A stretch of 64,000 bases of DNA, from contig NC_043009.1 in NCBI RefSeq assembly GCF_006345805.1, positions 51,956,001 through 52,020,000 of the forward strand. Direction: 5' to 3'. The position numbers and the translations under genes were made by a program. The notes beneath the pieces are model-generated. The model searched no databases and had not been told where the DNA came from. It was given only the letters and a program-made list of their open reading frames with translations. The stretch is from Octopus sinensis (Eukaryota). This document shows positions 1 through 13,316 of this stretch, piece by piece (the stretch's first letter is position 1; each line of letters opens with the position of its first letter).

Positions 1-1227
1 CTCAAAATTGGCAAATGTTGGAATCCGTGGAAAAGTTCTACACTGGATTCAGTATTTCCTAGCGAATAGAACACAACATGTTGTAGTTGATGGAGTCCAC
101 TCAAACCCAGCAAAAGTCACCAGCGGTGTTCCCCAGGGAACTGTTTTGGGTCCGCTACTCTTCATAATTTATGTAAACGACCTTTTCAGTGTCGTACATC
201 ACTGCAAAGTGAAAATATTCGCTGATGACACTAAGCTCCAGCAAATCGTCAATGAAGAAGCAGACCGAACTCAACTCCAGTCTGACCTATATGCTGTGAG
301 TCAATGGGCAGACAGAAACAAAATGCAACTGAATGAGGGAAAATTTGAGCTGATGCATTTTGGAAGAAATTCCTCACTAAAACAACCATACTTTCTTCCT
401 TCAGGGGAACCGATCACAGCCTCTAACAATATCAGAGACCTGGGTGTAATTGTTGATGACGATCTCAGTTGGAGTGCACACATCAACAAGAAGGTCGATA
501 CAGCTCGTAGGATGAGTTCCTGGATCTTAAGAACTTTCCGGTCCAGAGAACAAGGTGTCATCATACCACTTTTTTCATCCTTTGTACGGCCACACCTTGA
601 ATACTGCTGCCCACTGTGGTCTCCTCACACAAGACAAAACATCTCCAGAATTGAGTCACCCCAGAGGGCTCTCACTAAACAAATTGAAGGCATGGCTGCT
701 CTCGATTATTGGGATCGCCTTAAAGCCTTGAAACTTTACTCCCTCCAGCGTCGCCGTGAGCGGTACATCATTTGTACGATGTGGAAAATATACCGCCAAC
801 TTTGCCCAAACGACCTAAACATTAGCTTCATCCGAGACTTGGACCACGGGCTATACGTCCCCTGCCAAATTCAAGATCACAACATACATGTACACTGCAA
901 CATAATTTCTTTTCCTCAACAGGCCCTGCCCTATTTAACATTGTCCCGAGGGAGATCAAAGAGGAAAAGGATTCCATCAACTTCAAACAGAGTCTGGATA
1001 GATTCCTTCAAAGAATACCAGATAAGCCACCCATAATTGGATACAACTCACCCAACAAGAACTCACTACTTGAACAAAACTGGATACAAATCACCCAACA
1101 AGAACTCACTACTTGAACAAAACTTGACTTAAACAGGATTCGAATAATCCTATCAGGTGGTGCTATTAAGTTAGACATGGCCTGGACCAATCTCTGGTCG
1201 AAACATATCTAAGTTTTATCTAAGTTT

Positions 1228-1228
<1 letters not shown>
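1..1228 (+). mobile_element. CR1/L2-group LINE, 3' part of ORF2 (reverse transcriptase) plus 3' UTR; frameshifted and running off the window start
   Basis: ORF 8-1036 has the RT motifs SGVPQGTVLGPLLFIIYVND and IFADDTKL, followed by RPHLEYCCPLWSP and LYSLQRRRERY. A frameshift near 828 is indicated because the LINE-like C-terminus (HPRLGPRAIRP...FNIVPREIKE...LDRFLQRIPDKP...NKNSLLE) continues in another frame from 829. The 3' end has a stem-loop GACCA-atctc-TGGTC (1185-1199) and a tandem tail (ATCTAAGTTTT)x2 at 1207-1228. Confidence 0.92.
1038..1123 (+). repeat. 43-bp tandem duplication at the end of LINE ORF2
   Basis: TGGATACAA(C/A)TCACCCAACAAGAACTCACTACTTGAACAAAAC occurs at 1038-1080 and 1081-1123 with one mismatch. 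Confidence 0.95.
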
Positions 1229-1265
<37 letters not shown>

Positions 1266-1286
1266 TAGTCAGACAGACAGACAGAC

Positions 1287-1366
<80 letters not shown>
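1228..1366. repeat. Compound microsatellite (TA)n-(GA)n-(GACA)n-(GATA)n
   Basis: Read directly from the sequence; it abuts the LINE tail. Confidence 0.97.
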
Positions 1367-1920
1367 TGAGAGATATGGTTCCGTAATCTTAACTCTTTCT
1401 ACAGCATCTTCAACCATTAAATGAAACACTCTCTCCAATTTCATATGTGTATCGTCACATTTAAATATTTCACATACAATCGATTACACAATGACCTGCA
1501 AGTTTTTGAGAAATAACATAGTAAATACATACAAAACACCAATATGTATAACAGATAGGAAATAACATTCATCTAAATAAAAAAAAGTCCGTGCACATAC
1601 CTTACATCGCCCTTAAATTTTATGAAACATTCTTCTTTTTCAACAATAAGGGAAAGTTAATGAACCAACTGTGAGTTGTTAATAGGGATCTTGACGTGTT
1701 ATTTACTTTTTTCTTTGTATCAAAACACAAGCAAGTTTGCTGACATAAATTCGACATAATGAACATCTGTCTCAAAATCCCTTCATGAAAGCCCTGGAAT
1801 TTGGGAAACAAATTCCCCGTTAATATTTCTCTTGATACCAGGATATAAATCCTATCTATTATCGACACAAGTCCTGAAGTTTTGTGGGGAGAGGGCATTT
1901 GATCATATGAATTGAATTGC

Positions 1921-2062
1921 TTCAACTGGTATTAATTTTATCGACCAAGGAAACGTGAAAGGTAAAGTCGACCTTGGCGGCATTTGAAATCAAAACGTAC
2001 TGACGGATGAAATGGCACGAAACATTTTGCCCGGTCAGCAAACGATTCTGCCAGATCCCCGC
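1921..2062 (-). mobile_element. tRNA-derived SINE, family B, 3'-incomplete
   Basis: Reverse complement matches the head and body of the full copy at 61095-61326 (GGCGG..AGCTGGCAGAA...GGTCGACTTT.CCTTTCA). Confidence 0.8.
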
Positions 2063-2386
2063 CATTGTTACTAGGATAATGATTCACGCTATTCGATGAC
2101 TCTAATACTCTGGAAATTCTTACAGGATACAAAAGAAAGGGGACTCATCGTTTTTAATTTCTATATTGATGCTATAAGGAAACTGGGCCAATGAACACGT
2201 GGCATTTTAAGTTCTAGACACCCTTCAGAATGAGAACGATGGTTATACCATAACGATGTATGTAGAGGATCTCACTGCAATCTCATAAACCAGAAATAAC
2301 AAGATACTTGAATGATTTCGAAACGACAAGAATAAAATATCCCAGGAATCTCTTGAAATATCAAACGTAGCAACGACATAATCTGA

Positions 2387-2625
2387 GACCCACTTCGGTC
2401 ACAACACAGACCATGGGATTGCACCTAGAAAGTTACCCTCCGAGGCACAAGTCCGAGCAACGTTGTTTAAGGAAGACCAGCAGTCGCCCATGCATACCGA
2501 CCTTCCCTTTCCACGCCAGTAGTGTTATCCAAGGGAAAGGCAAAGGCCGATACAGCTTGGCACCTGTGACGTCGCAACTCATGATCGTAAGCTCGACGCT
2601 CTAACCACTGAGCCATGCGCCTTCA
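2387..2625 (-). mobile_element. tRNA-derived SINE, family D, with an internal deletion of about 100 bp
   Basis: Reverse complement matches 38609-38923 (head GAAGGCGCATGGCT.AGTGGTTA; body GGTAACTTTCTAGGTGCAATCCCA) but lacks the B-box/CORE-like segment between CTTACGATC and ATGAGTTGCGAC. Confidence 0.85.
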
Positions 2626-4939
2626 CCAGCGACATAATAGCAGGTAACATTTTAGACAGATTTATACATAGGTAGTCCGTCAATCAAGGTTGATTTATTA
2701 CATCTTTACATTCATGTGTAGACCTGGGCAAGATACTTTGGAGAATCCTGATAGCTACCCATGCATGCAAGTTTTACCATTCCATGCCACCGATGCTTAC
2801 ACAAAGCGAACCATTTTGGTAGGTTCAGCGTGGAACGAGTAACGCTGGAGGCGATGCTGTGAAAAAGCAAAAAGTATGAGTCGATTATAACACTTCCAGC
2901 CAGCCACAGTCTTAGACTGGCATTGGTTTTAGTAGCACCGAAAGAATAAAAGGTAAATTTAATGAAAAGTAGCTTTGAAATGAGAGCCAGGAGAATCGAA
3001 ACAAACTTCGTCAATGTTTATTATCGAACGCTCTAGATTTACAGACACACAAATACAAAATGACAAGCGAAGAAACTATACTCAAACACAATAATTGTGA
3101 TCATAAATAGGAATATTTGAGGGGTAATATGCAGAGGAGCTTCCAATCTACAGCGGAGCAAAGCAACAACTGCAACAACAACAACAAAAACAATAATGGA
3201 AGCGTCAAGATGCGGAAAGAAGAACAGAAAATGGTAACGTGCTATCATATTCAAAGTAACAGATTATTATGGATGCCAATATTCTTATGTATCAGTGTAA
3301 ATGTAATCTTAAAATATTATCGCTATACAAACCAGCATACATTCTTCTATTGTAACAAAAGAAATGTTCTTCCAAAATTGATGAATATTATATCTTCTCG
3401 TTTCTCTTGTCTTAGAAAATACCAGATTTGCCGAATTTATGCAGGGAACAATCTTCATAGAGTCAGTAAATATAAAACATTTATATCAGCTGTCACAAAA
3501 TGTTCAATGGTAAACAGCCACATTAGGTGATAAACAATTTATCATGTGTCGACTAACGACCGGAAGTAAAAGGTAACTGTCGGAATGAGCTAACTAAAAG
3601 AATAATGAAGATTTATTAAACATACAAACAGAAACCATAGGATACCAGATTACATGTCTTATAGTAACCCACGTTTTGCTTTTATGTTCAATGATCGAAT
3701 TCCGCTAGTATTCTCTTTTGCATTTCAGAATTTGTGGACTTGATACAATAAAATGTGATCTTGGTATTTCTTGCCCGGCTTAGCTCTGAACTAGCAAAGT
3801 TTTGCGTAGTAACTTCCCATTCGTGTTCATTCAAATATGTTTTCCAATCAAACTATACCCAGGATTATTATAAGTTAAGTGCCCTCCATTTTTTCAGACC
3901 TTTAGTTATGGTAATTTGACAACGATTCTTCTCATAGGCGGTAGTTCCAGTAATATAAGGGTCATTGTTTGTACAATTGTGATAGGAAAATTGACGTAGC
4001 CCCCTTTGAAAAAGAGTGGTGTTATAATCCTTAAAGCAGAGCTTTAAAGGTACCACTACCACTGGTTTGAAACCATGTATAAATTTTTTAATGGACAGCA
4101 GAGTTAATTGAATCACACATTCATTACTGTCCTCGAACTTGCAGAGTTGCCTCTGTGTGGCGAATGTCTTTTATCATTTTAATAATGATTTACAACATAC
4201 CTTCAGAGCGGTACACTTTGATTGATGGTACAGGTGATATGACGCCCCCAATTATCATTTGATATTTATTTTATTGACCCTGAAATGACGACAAGTAAAA
4301 TTCCACCTCGGTTGAATTGGATATCTGAACCTTAACAAATTTTAACTTAGAAGTGAGCGGTTTAACGAGTGAGCTTAAATGTAGAGACTTGGCTCGCAAG
4401 AAATAGCAGCTAAATGTTCCTAAATGCACACTATAGAATATTAACGAAAGACGCAGTAGCTGATATAATTCTAGTTAGTCAATATCTGAACATAGCAGTG
4501 GAACACAACTCTAGTTGTTACAATACCAAAAATCAAACAAACCAGTGTGAAGTGAATAAACCACCAGTGTGAACAAACCACTTGATCTTGCATAGAAGAA
4601 ATTCGACTGTATATTCTGATTCCTGAGATATATGGGTCTAGTGCAAAACATTCTTCATCATTATCGATCGTGGCTACCGGGTAGATATGATCGCTAAAAG
4701 ATTATTATTATTATGTCATTTTGATTCTTTCTGGGCCAAAAAGAAAGACAACTAATAAATATCTACTAGATTAAATTCACCTTAGTACTCAATAGCTCTT
4801 TGATTCTGAGAACGGAGAAAAGCAAATATTTGAAACCAGTATATAAAGACTAACTAAGCACCCCAGGGATCTCTTCGTTTACCTCACAATCGCCATTCCA
4901 AACCAATATTATTTTTCATTACAATTATAATTCTTCTTC

Positions 4940-4944
<5 letters not shown>

Positions 4945-4991
<47 letters not shown>

Positions 4992-5005
4992 TTCTCTTTC
5001 TTTTT
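4945..5005. repeat. (CT)n microsatellite
   Basis: Read directly from the sequence. Confidence 0.95.
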
Positions 5006-5749
5006 CACACGTTTTGTCTTTCACTCCCACTCGTACACACTTATACGCTAAATCTTAGATATACATATCACACCTGCCCTCATAGACATCTTATTCCAAC
5101 ATATATATATATATATGATAACGTGAATCTATTTCCTTACATATTCAAAAGTACCACATCTATATATTTGATTTATATGTTTGACTGTAAATTTACTTGA
5201 AGTTATCACAATATTCCACCAATGCTCTGTATTCGATATATCCTGCTGTTCATATTTTACTGATTTATTATCACTTTAAGCATTATCCAAACAACATTTA
5301 CTCTAGAAACTACTTCACCATATTTATCATTGAATTGCCTACTTCCCGTTCACCCTGTGTCTGATTGTCTGTCTGTCTGTCTTACTCTTTCTCACTCTAC
5401 TCCGTATATTTTCAAACACACACACACTCACACATACACACACACACACTCTATATCGCACATTCATGCACACGCACACGATATTGGCGACAGAAACTGC
5501 ATTAGTTCAAAATAGTAGTCTGTAAACCTTCCTTAATGTTGATATACTGCGGAAAGCCACGAGACTATGGTATTCCCAGGTAAGTTCTGTATGTTACTGA
5601 TATGCTTGCCTGAGTTTTAGTAATATACGAGATAAACTATCGAGACGTCTATAGTTATCCTGTGACTTTATGAAATATATTCAGATACAGTAATATATAC
5701 AGAAGGATATATATGCCTGGAGTGAATGGGAAAGAGAAGGAGAGGATGG

Positions 5750-5750
5750 T

Positions 5751-5795
<45 letters not shown>

Positions 5796-5834
5796 TATAT
5801 ATATAATATATATATATATATTATATATATATAT

Positions 5835-5889
<55 letters not shown>

Positions 5890-5910
5890 TAGATAGATAG
5901 ATAGATAGAT
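5750..5910. repeat. (TA)n-(GATA)n compound microsatellite
   Basis: Read directly from the sequence. Confidence 0.95.
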
Positions 5911-6595
5911 ACAAAAAAGGAACAAGAACGTAACAGGCGACAACAAAACATCGGAACAGTTAGACAATACAAAGAACGACAGGTCATTTGGAGCTTTCTT
6001 TCGTCAGTCGAGTACCAGATCGTCATTACAGTTTCAGCCGGTTACTCTCGAGACTGCTCCAATCTGTCCGGCCCGAAGAAAATCTAAGCTAAGGGCACTA
6101 GATTCTTTGGAAGAAAGCAAGTGAATGCATAAGAAAACAAGGAAGAAGAATAACGGAGAAATGGTACGCAATTACAAATACAAATAACAGGACATTAATA
6201 ACAGGCGTCTTTCGACTAAGGACGAATTAACTTAAGCTGGCGTGTGTGAAAGTGAAGCCTTACGACAGGAAAATAAGAGACGAAAGTTAAGGGAAGGATT
6301 ATAAGAGATGATACACGGATGGTAGCCGAACCAAAAAAGAAAAGTCAGGCTTGGCTGAACTCCGATTACGTGGAAGAAGAGGAGAAAGTTAGGGGCAGAG
6401 GGAGTCAGGAATTAGCGGGGGGACGAGAAAGAGTGAAAAGAAAGGAAAGGGAAAGAATGAGGTAAAGGTGGAGGGAAAGTGATGAGAATGAAGGGAAGGC
6501 CAAGAAATGTGAGAGAGGGGGAGCGAGAAAAAGAAAAGTGGAAAGAACGAAGTAAGTGTGAAGGGAGCTAAACGAAAGGGTAAAAGAATCGAATA
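5911..6595 (-). mobile_element. Interspersed repeat remnant, probably a Penelope-like 3' end, abutting (GATA)n
   Basis: The minus strand is pyrimidine-rich and ends in a U-rich tail against the microsatellite, like 31108-31460 and 51914-52100. It carries CTGACGA (reverse complement of TCGTCAG at about 6001-6007) but no complete hammerhead. Class assignment is by analogy only. Confidence 0.4.
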
Positions 6596-6599
6596 TTCT

Positions 6600-6830
6600 T
6601 ATGTTCCTTTCTTCCTGTACGTGTTTCAGTCAATAGACTGCGTCCATGTTGGAATACCGCCTTGAATTTTAGTCAACTGAATCGACCCCAAGTAATTTTC
6701 AATTTTTAAGGCTAGTACATATCCTATCGGTCTCTCTTGACGAACGGTTAAGTTACGGTCGTCGTAAAAACACTAACACCAGTTGACAAGCGGTGGTGAA
6801 GGAGAAACACCCACCATATATATATGTATA
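6600..6830 (-). mobile_element. Old family A SINE, 3' half
   Basis: Diverged match to the A tail on the minus strand (GTTTCAGTCA..GACTGCG.CCATG.TGGA..ACCGCC; CTATCGGTCTCT). Confidence 0.65.
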
Positions 6831-6939
6831 TATATGTGTGTGTGTGTGTGTGTGCATGTATATATGTATATATATATGTATATACATATATATACATATA
6901 TATTTATGTGTATATATATATATACATATATATATATAT

Positions 6940-7007
<68 letters not shown>

Positions 7008-7035
7008 CAGAGAGAGAGTGTGTGTGTGTGTGTCT
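6815..7035. repeat. (TG)n-(TA)n-(GA)n-(TG)n compound microsatellite
   Basis: Read directly from the sequence. Confidence 0.95.
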
Positions 7036-7089
7036 TTCTATCTGTGTGACAAAGAGAGAAAATGTGAGAGGGAGATGTATGTATGATTG

Positions 7090-7230
7090 TTTGTCAGCCC
7101 CATGGTTCCGGGTTCAATCTCAATACACACACACACACACACACATATGCATAGGTGTCTATGTTTCTGCTTGTCCCCTACCATCGCTTGACAACCGGTG
7201 TTGCTGTATTTACATCCCCGTAACTTAGCG
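7090..7230 (+). mobile_element. Family A SINE fragments
   Basis: CATGGTTCCGGGTTCA (B-box region) and TTGTCCCC..CATCGCTTGACAACCG.TG.TG..GT.TTTAC.TCCCCGTAACTTAGCG match family A. Confidence 0.7.
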
Positions 7231-7659
7231 TGACAAACCAGCACCTGCTATAAATTGGTTGAGGGAGAAACACAGAAGCACATGCAACAGCCATACAGAA
7301 ATATTGGATTTGTACAAGACCTCTGGCTATTAACATCATTCATATGGCATTGGCCCGACCGGGGTTATTATACAAAGCTCTTGCCGAAAGTGTGAGGAAA
7401 GGAGAAACGAAATGGCTTGAAAGTGATCGTTTTGAACATTGAAGCAGCGCTCAAATACTTTTGTATTTACTTATATAATATGTTCAGAGAATTCTACATA
7501 CGCCACTTACAATATTTGTCTATGATTAGAAAAAGTAACTTAACAAAATCTTTAGATATCTAAACGTGTATATCTATTAATATATATCACTCGATCTTAT
7601 ACACTCTTTACGCTCTTTCTCTCTCTCACTTTTTACACACGCACACAGACACGGAAATC

Positions 7660-7661
7660 TG

Positions 7662-7728
<67 letters not shown>

Positions 7729-8035
7729 ATATATACATATATGCAAATAAGCACGCACACACACACACCACACACACACACACACAAATATATATATATA
7801 TATATTATATATATATATATATAATATATATATACATATATATACTGAGAGAGAGATAGAGAGAAATGGGAATAGTTAAATACATGGATAAATAGACTTG
7901 TATATACATACATATATATATATATACATACATATGTGTGTGTATATGTGTGTATATATACATGTACATATATATATAAACAGGGAGAGAGAGAGAGAGA
8001 GAGAGAGTGAGAGAGAAAAAGAGAGAGAGAGAGAC
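7660..8035. repeat. (TCTA)n, (CA)n, (TA)n and (GA)n microsatellite cluster
   Basis: Read directly from the sequence. Confidence 0.95.
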
Positions 8036-8508
8036 GGACACACTGACAGACACCACATACAGACAGACACAGTACACGAAAGCTATGTCCAATATTTCAT
8101 AATGGTACCTTCTTCCTGGATCTGTGACGTACACAAGAAGTGTGATTTAAGTTACATATTTATATGTACGATTTCATAAGTATATTTCCTGATTCGATGT
8201 GCAAGATCAGAGACATCTAAAAGCTTTCTTACAAACGACACTGCGATAGATTTGCTCTGTCTCTCTGTTTCCTCGATTTTTACCTTTAGGTATTTTCCTT
8301 CAAAATACTACTGTATTCCACGTTTACATCTAAAAGAAACTTTCTGTAAATTTCAAACTATTTTGTATGTATATGAGACATTATCTATCTTCAAACTCTT
8401 TCTCTCTTTCAACTATCTTCATCCGATTCTCACACGTGTATGTATATATTTATGTATATATATGTATGTATCTATGTGTAAATCTCTCTCTCTATCTATC
8501 TATCGCTT

Positions 8509-8577
<69 letters not shown>

Positions 8578-8894
8578 ATATATATATATATATATATATA
8601 CATCTCACGATCTCTTCTGAATTTATCTAAATAATAGTATACCAACGTAATTTCGTCTTTAAAAATACCTTCCAAGTATTCAAGTAACTAAATCGAATTA
8701 CAAGTATAACAAATATTAAGATTCACTCTTGTCAATAGATACATATTCGTACCTGTATGTAATTCCAAAATGCATGTTGCAAGTGTTGCAATAAAATTTG
8801 CTTCGAGTGTGCACAACCAGGTCCAGAGTTTCTTACAAAGAAGGACGAATTTTTTCCCGATTTAATATCGAAACAAACACAAGCACAATAGTTA

Positions 8895-9545
8895 TAATTA
8901 TTTAGTTTCGAATTTGGGTACAAGGCGAGTAATTTCGGAGAAGGGGATAAGTCGATTACATCAACGCCAATATTCAACCGATGCGTATCTCACCGGCCTC
9001 GAATGGGACGAAAAAGTCGAAATTGGCGGAATTTGAACTTAGAGCAAGTAGACACACGAAATGACTCCTAGCATTGTGTCCGACATGCTAACAATTCTGG
9101 TTACTCACCGCCTTCACAAAAATAATAATCCTTCCTACTATAGGTACAAGGCGTGGAATTTATGGGAACGGGGAGAGTCAATTACATCGACCTCAAAAGG
9201 AGAAATGCAAAGACGAACTCGGTGGAATTGAACTGAAAAAGGAACAGGCAGACGAAATGCCGCGAAACATTTTTCCCGGTGTACTAACCATTCTGCCAGT
9301 CAGCCGCCAAAAATATTAATAACTCTCTCTACTAGAGGAACAAATCATGAAATTTTGAGGGAGGGGACTATTCCATTTCATCGACCCCAGTTTTCCCACT
9401 GGCATTTAACTTACCAACCCGAAATGCAAAGTCGACTTCTGCGGAATTTGAACTCCGGATGTAAAGTTTGACAACACATCAAAGATACATGGAATGCCTC
9501 TAATTACCTTACCCGGTGAGCTAACCATTTGGCCAGCTAGCCGGC
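8895..9545 (-). mobile_element. Three head-to-tail degenerate family B SINEs (alternative-tail subfamily)
   Basis: Three units at about 8895-9113, 9120-9308 and 9315-9545. Each has GGAATT(T)GAACT (B-box reverse complement), AAAG.CGA, and a head ending near TCTG....CT...CGCC. Each also has a tail resembling (T)ACAAG/ACAAAT...AATTT...GGGGA. Confidence 0.75.
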
Positions 9546-10074
9546 AAACATAATAGTAATAATAATGATAATAATAATTGTACCTCAACCAAACCGATAG
9601 ACCCAATGATGAAAAAATAATCTTTCAATTCGGGCAAAAATGTTTCTGCCTTCGTTCGTGTTGGCGATGAATTTTTTACCCTGCATCCATTGTTTCCGAG
9701 CCAAGACCAATGAAGAACCTGCTTAAAGTTAAATTATGTAAAGATATTTTGCAAGAATGACAGCTGTGTAATATATGTTTAGAGTAATAAATACGTAATA
9801 TCTTTTTTGTTCCTCTTTCTTTCGCATGTTTCTTATTCTGGATCCCTTTCTTGGAAAAGATATTGGTTTATTTTTTGAGAGCCACACTATCAGAAAATAG
9901 CATGCATTGGCTTTAGTTGATTACTTGGTTGGTAATTAGGTGTTGTTACATAAATCAAACATTGCTATTTAACAAAACAAAAATTAAGTGGAACTAGAGA
10001 ACGTGTTACGAAATCATTTCCGAGTATAGATGTATGTATGGTTTAATAATTTAAATATATGTATATGCATTTTA

Positions 10075-10078
10075 CTTT

Positions 10079-10113
<35 letters not shown>

Positions 10114-10318
10114 GTCTTTTTCTATCTCTCTCCCCCTGCCTCTCTATATATGTATATATAGATATAAAGTTATATATATATATTAATACACACACACACA
10201 CACGCACGCACACTCACACGCACACACACACATATACATACATACATACATACATACATACATGCATACATACATACATACATACATACATACATACATA
10301 CATACATACATGCATACA

Positions 10319-10350
<32 letters not shown>
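10075..10350. repeat. (CT)n, (TA)n, (CA)n and (TACA)n cluster
   Basis: Read directly from the sequence. Confidence 0.95.
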
Positions 10351-10351
<1 letters not shown>

Positions 10352-11189
10352 TTATACATGTAGCTTTGTCTGAAAAATTAACTTGCTGTAGTCTATTTAT
10401 TTTAATCCTTATCTTTCTGCAATAATTTCAACAAAATAATCAATATCTTATCATACTTCGTTGCTCACGGCTTCTCGCCAACGCACTATTAGGTTCTCAA
10501 TGCCTTGGTGTCAGAAATAACAGTTTTGACTGTAAGAATCATAAACTACGTGTTCAGCTCCTCGTCGTTGTTGAACAAAAGGCCAAGCAGACTGCTTTCG
10601 AACGACAGAAAATGGCCATAACCTTCCCATACCAAGAGAATACGGTATCTCATACAAAACTTCTAAATCGAGATCTTGAATAGCATTTTTGTTCAAAAGA
10701 TTCTTCGGTTTAAGCGAGATTTATATATTTAAAAAAATTGCTAAATCCCAAGCCAGAATCGAACCCACATATCAACGTTTGCATGGATACATGCGCATCC
10801 GATTGCGCTGAACATCCAATTGTGCTAAATGCATCCGATTCCGCTAAATATTAACTGCAGCTAAATTTATGTATATGATATAAACTGTCTATTATTGTTG
10901 TTATTATTATTATTGTTATTGTTATTGTACTAATAGATTTCCACATATGTTTTCTCTCCATAACTTAAAGCCTTCTGTTTCTTTTTTAAAGAATATTTTA
11001 TGTAGTAATTAGGCAGTTTAAATATATATATACGTAACACTTGCCTGAATTTCATGGGTGAGAATTTGGCCCCATCGAATGCACATGCAGCTGTGTAAGT
11101 GTTGATATGTGGGTTCGATTCTGGCAAGTGTTAGCGTATCATATTACAGTCAATTTGTTTATATATATATGTGTCACTTATATCGGAGA

Positions 11190-12380
11190 ATAGAATGCCT
11201 AACGAAAGTGGAATGCCTAAAGAAAGGAGTGATTGACTGGTTAGTGAGGCCCATTAATGCTTGTTATATGGCTGGAAGTGTATCTAAGGACTGGTGAGGT
11301 ACCTGTATAGTCCCACTGTACAAGGAATAAATGTGAGTGTGGAAATTTTAGGGGTATGAGTCGGTTGTGCATGTTTGGTAAACTGTATGGGAGAATTCTG
11401 ATTGTAAGGGTGAGGCTCCAGAAATAGAGCGTGCTAGGAAAGGAGCAGTGCGGTTTTAGGAGTGGAAGGGTGTGTACAGATCAAATCTTTGTAGCAAAGC
11501 AGATGTGTGAGAAGTTTTTGGAAAAAGCGAGGAATGCGTATTGGGCTTTTATGGACTTAGAGAAAGCATATAGGGATGCAGTGTGGCAGGTGTTGCGGTT
11601 GTATGAAGTAGATGGCAGATCGTTGAGAGCTGTTTAGAGTTTCTATAGAGAAATTAGGGCGTACGTTTGGGTGTGTGGTGAAGTGAGTGGTTTGATGTGA
11701 ATGTGGAGTTAAGGTAGGGTTTTGTAATTGTCTCCGTGGCTGTATCTGTTAAATCTATATATGGATGGTGTGGTGAGAGAGGTGAATGCTAGAACCTTTG
11801 GTAGGAGAGCCCAAATGGTGGGAGAAAATGGAGAGAAATGGCAGGTGTGTTAGTTGTTGCTTGCTGATGATACAGCACTAGTGGTGGATTTGGAAGAGCA
11901 ACTGAGGAGACAGTGGGGTAGAAAGGGCTCCTTAGCCGTAGTGAAGGCAATCTATCTAGGGAGATAACCTTACAATAAATCACTCGGTCCGTAGCTTAGA
12001 AATACTGGGTTGACGTCCAGCGGGAACAGCTTTGTTTCATGGAGGAGGAAAGATCTTCTTTAGCACTTGGTTATACAATGCTTTCCATTGTGTGTAGTAG
12101 TGGCGCGCGCACACATTATTAGCCATTTGAAAAGACTATGAAAGTTTCGACCACGGTCGAACAATGATGATGAGGAGGAGACTGATGATAGAGTTTGGAA
12201 GAGTGTGTGACAGCTGGAAACTGGAGGTGAATATAGCTAACAGTAAGTTAATGAGATGTTCGAGAGATGGAATGTCTGATAGGATGAGTGTGAGTATAAA
12301 TGGTGAGATGTTAAAGGAAGTGAATGTTTTTTTAGTATCTGGGATCACATGTGATAGTGGATGGGGGATGGGAAATTAAA
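11190..12380 (+). mobile_element. RTE-clade LINE reverse-transcriptase remnant with many stops and frameshifts, interrupted by a nested insertion
   Basis: Translated pieces resemble RTE-type RT: ECLKKGVIDWLVR..., CIVPLYK, LGKEQCGFRSGRVCTDQIFVAKQMCEKFLEK...AFMDLEKAY, LLLADDTALV, and LMIEFGRVCDSWKLEVNIANSKLM. Confidence 0.85.
11912..12174 (+). mobile_element. 263-bp unclassified retro-insertion nested in the RTE remnant
   Basis: Flanked by the 8-bp direct repeat GAGGAGAC (11904-11911 and 12175-12182). It ends in TTCGACC-ac-GGTCGAA plus a (TGA)n tail. Removing it restores in-frame EEQLRRLMIEFGRVC. Confidence 0.85.
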
Positions 12381-13283
12381 GGAAAAGGCGACTAAAATAG
12401 ATTGAGGTAGGATTTTCATTCCAGCCTCGTAAACAGATCCATGGAGTGGAGGGTTGTCACCTGAGTCGTGCAAAGGTGTAATGTGCCATGGGAATCAGCA
12501 ACAGATGGTGGATGCAACGATGCGCTGTTACAACGCATGCCCCCATACGACTACTACAACTGTTTCAATTACGGTTTTCTGTTTTATGCACACAGACATA
12601 TGTATATATGCCTATATATTTACGCATGCACATATTTGCAAATATTTTCGTGCAAATATCCGTCTGATTCGCAATCATCAGGTGCTCAATACTTTTTATC
12701 TAAATTCGCTTTTAGCTATCAATAGATTCAGCGAGCTAGAGTTTCTAACGTGAACTGAGAAATAATGGACGGGCGACATCAAAAAATAGCCAAGCAAAGA
12801 AACCTAACATATGCCTAGAGTTTCGTCTATTGGATATAATTGATCGGTGTAAAATATACCACGATGGAGACGTCTCTGAATTTGATGCCGAGTGCGAACA
12901 TCGGACCAGACACTTTTTCTTCATACTCTATTCTGCGATGATTTTGAATTTCTGTGCGATTTTAGAAAAGTTTGCTGAAGATAAACAAGTAAAGTTGCAT
13001 TTTTGTGTATCTGTAGAAATATTTAACTGTACGTATGTATGTATGTATGTATGGAATTGTTTATGACAAATGACTGCTGTTGCTTTGCTTCTTGCTTAAC
13101 ATTTCTTCTTCTTACATACGTAAACATGCTAACGCACACGCTAATGTATATATTTTAGTATGTGAGAGGAAGCGAGTACCTATCTTAATTTCCCTCACGT
13201 TGTTTCTCTCTCTCTTTTCTCCCTCCCACCCCCTCTCTCTCTCTCTGAATATATATATATATGTATATATATATGTATATATG

Positions 13284-13316
<33 letters not shown>

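Noticed and set aside
8-1036. 342-aa ORF as an intact gene
   Set aside because: It is the tail of a LINE ORF2 entering from outside the window. The TTG start is artefactual and the last about 68 residues are out of frame.
1185-1204. GACCA-atctc-TGGTC-GAAAC as a hammerhead
   Set aside because: There is no CUGANGA box upstream; it is better explained as the LINE 3' terminal stem-loop.
3117-3241. Possible first exon (MQRSFQSTAEQ...MRKEEQKM|GTAACG) with a nearby CCGGAAGT ETS-like word at about 3561
   Set aside because: The frame is partly an (AAC)n repeat, no compatible downstream exon could be shown, and an 8-bp motif is expected by chance.
10426-13066. Open frames in non-repetitive islands (about 10426-10685 and 12749-13066; likewise 7270-7440, 23790-23950, 53700-53880 and 58450-58610)
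   Set aside because: There is no recognisable domain, splice signals are weak or one-sided, and the lengths are attainable by chance. They cannot be supported without RNA or homology data.
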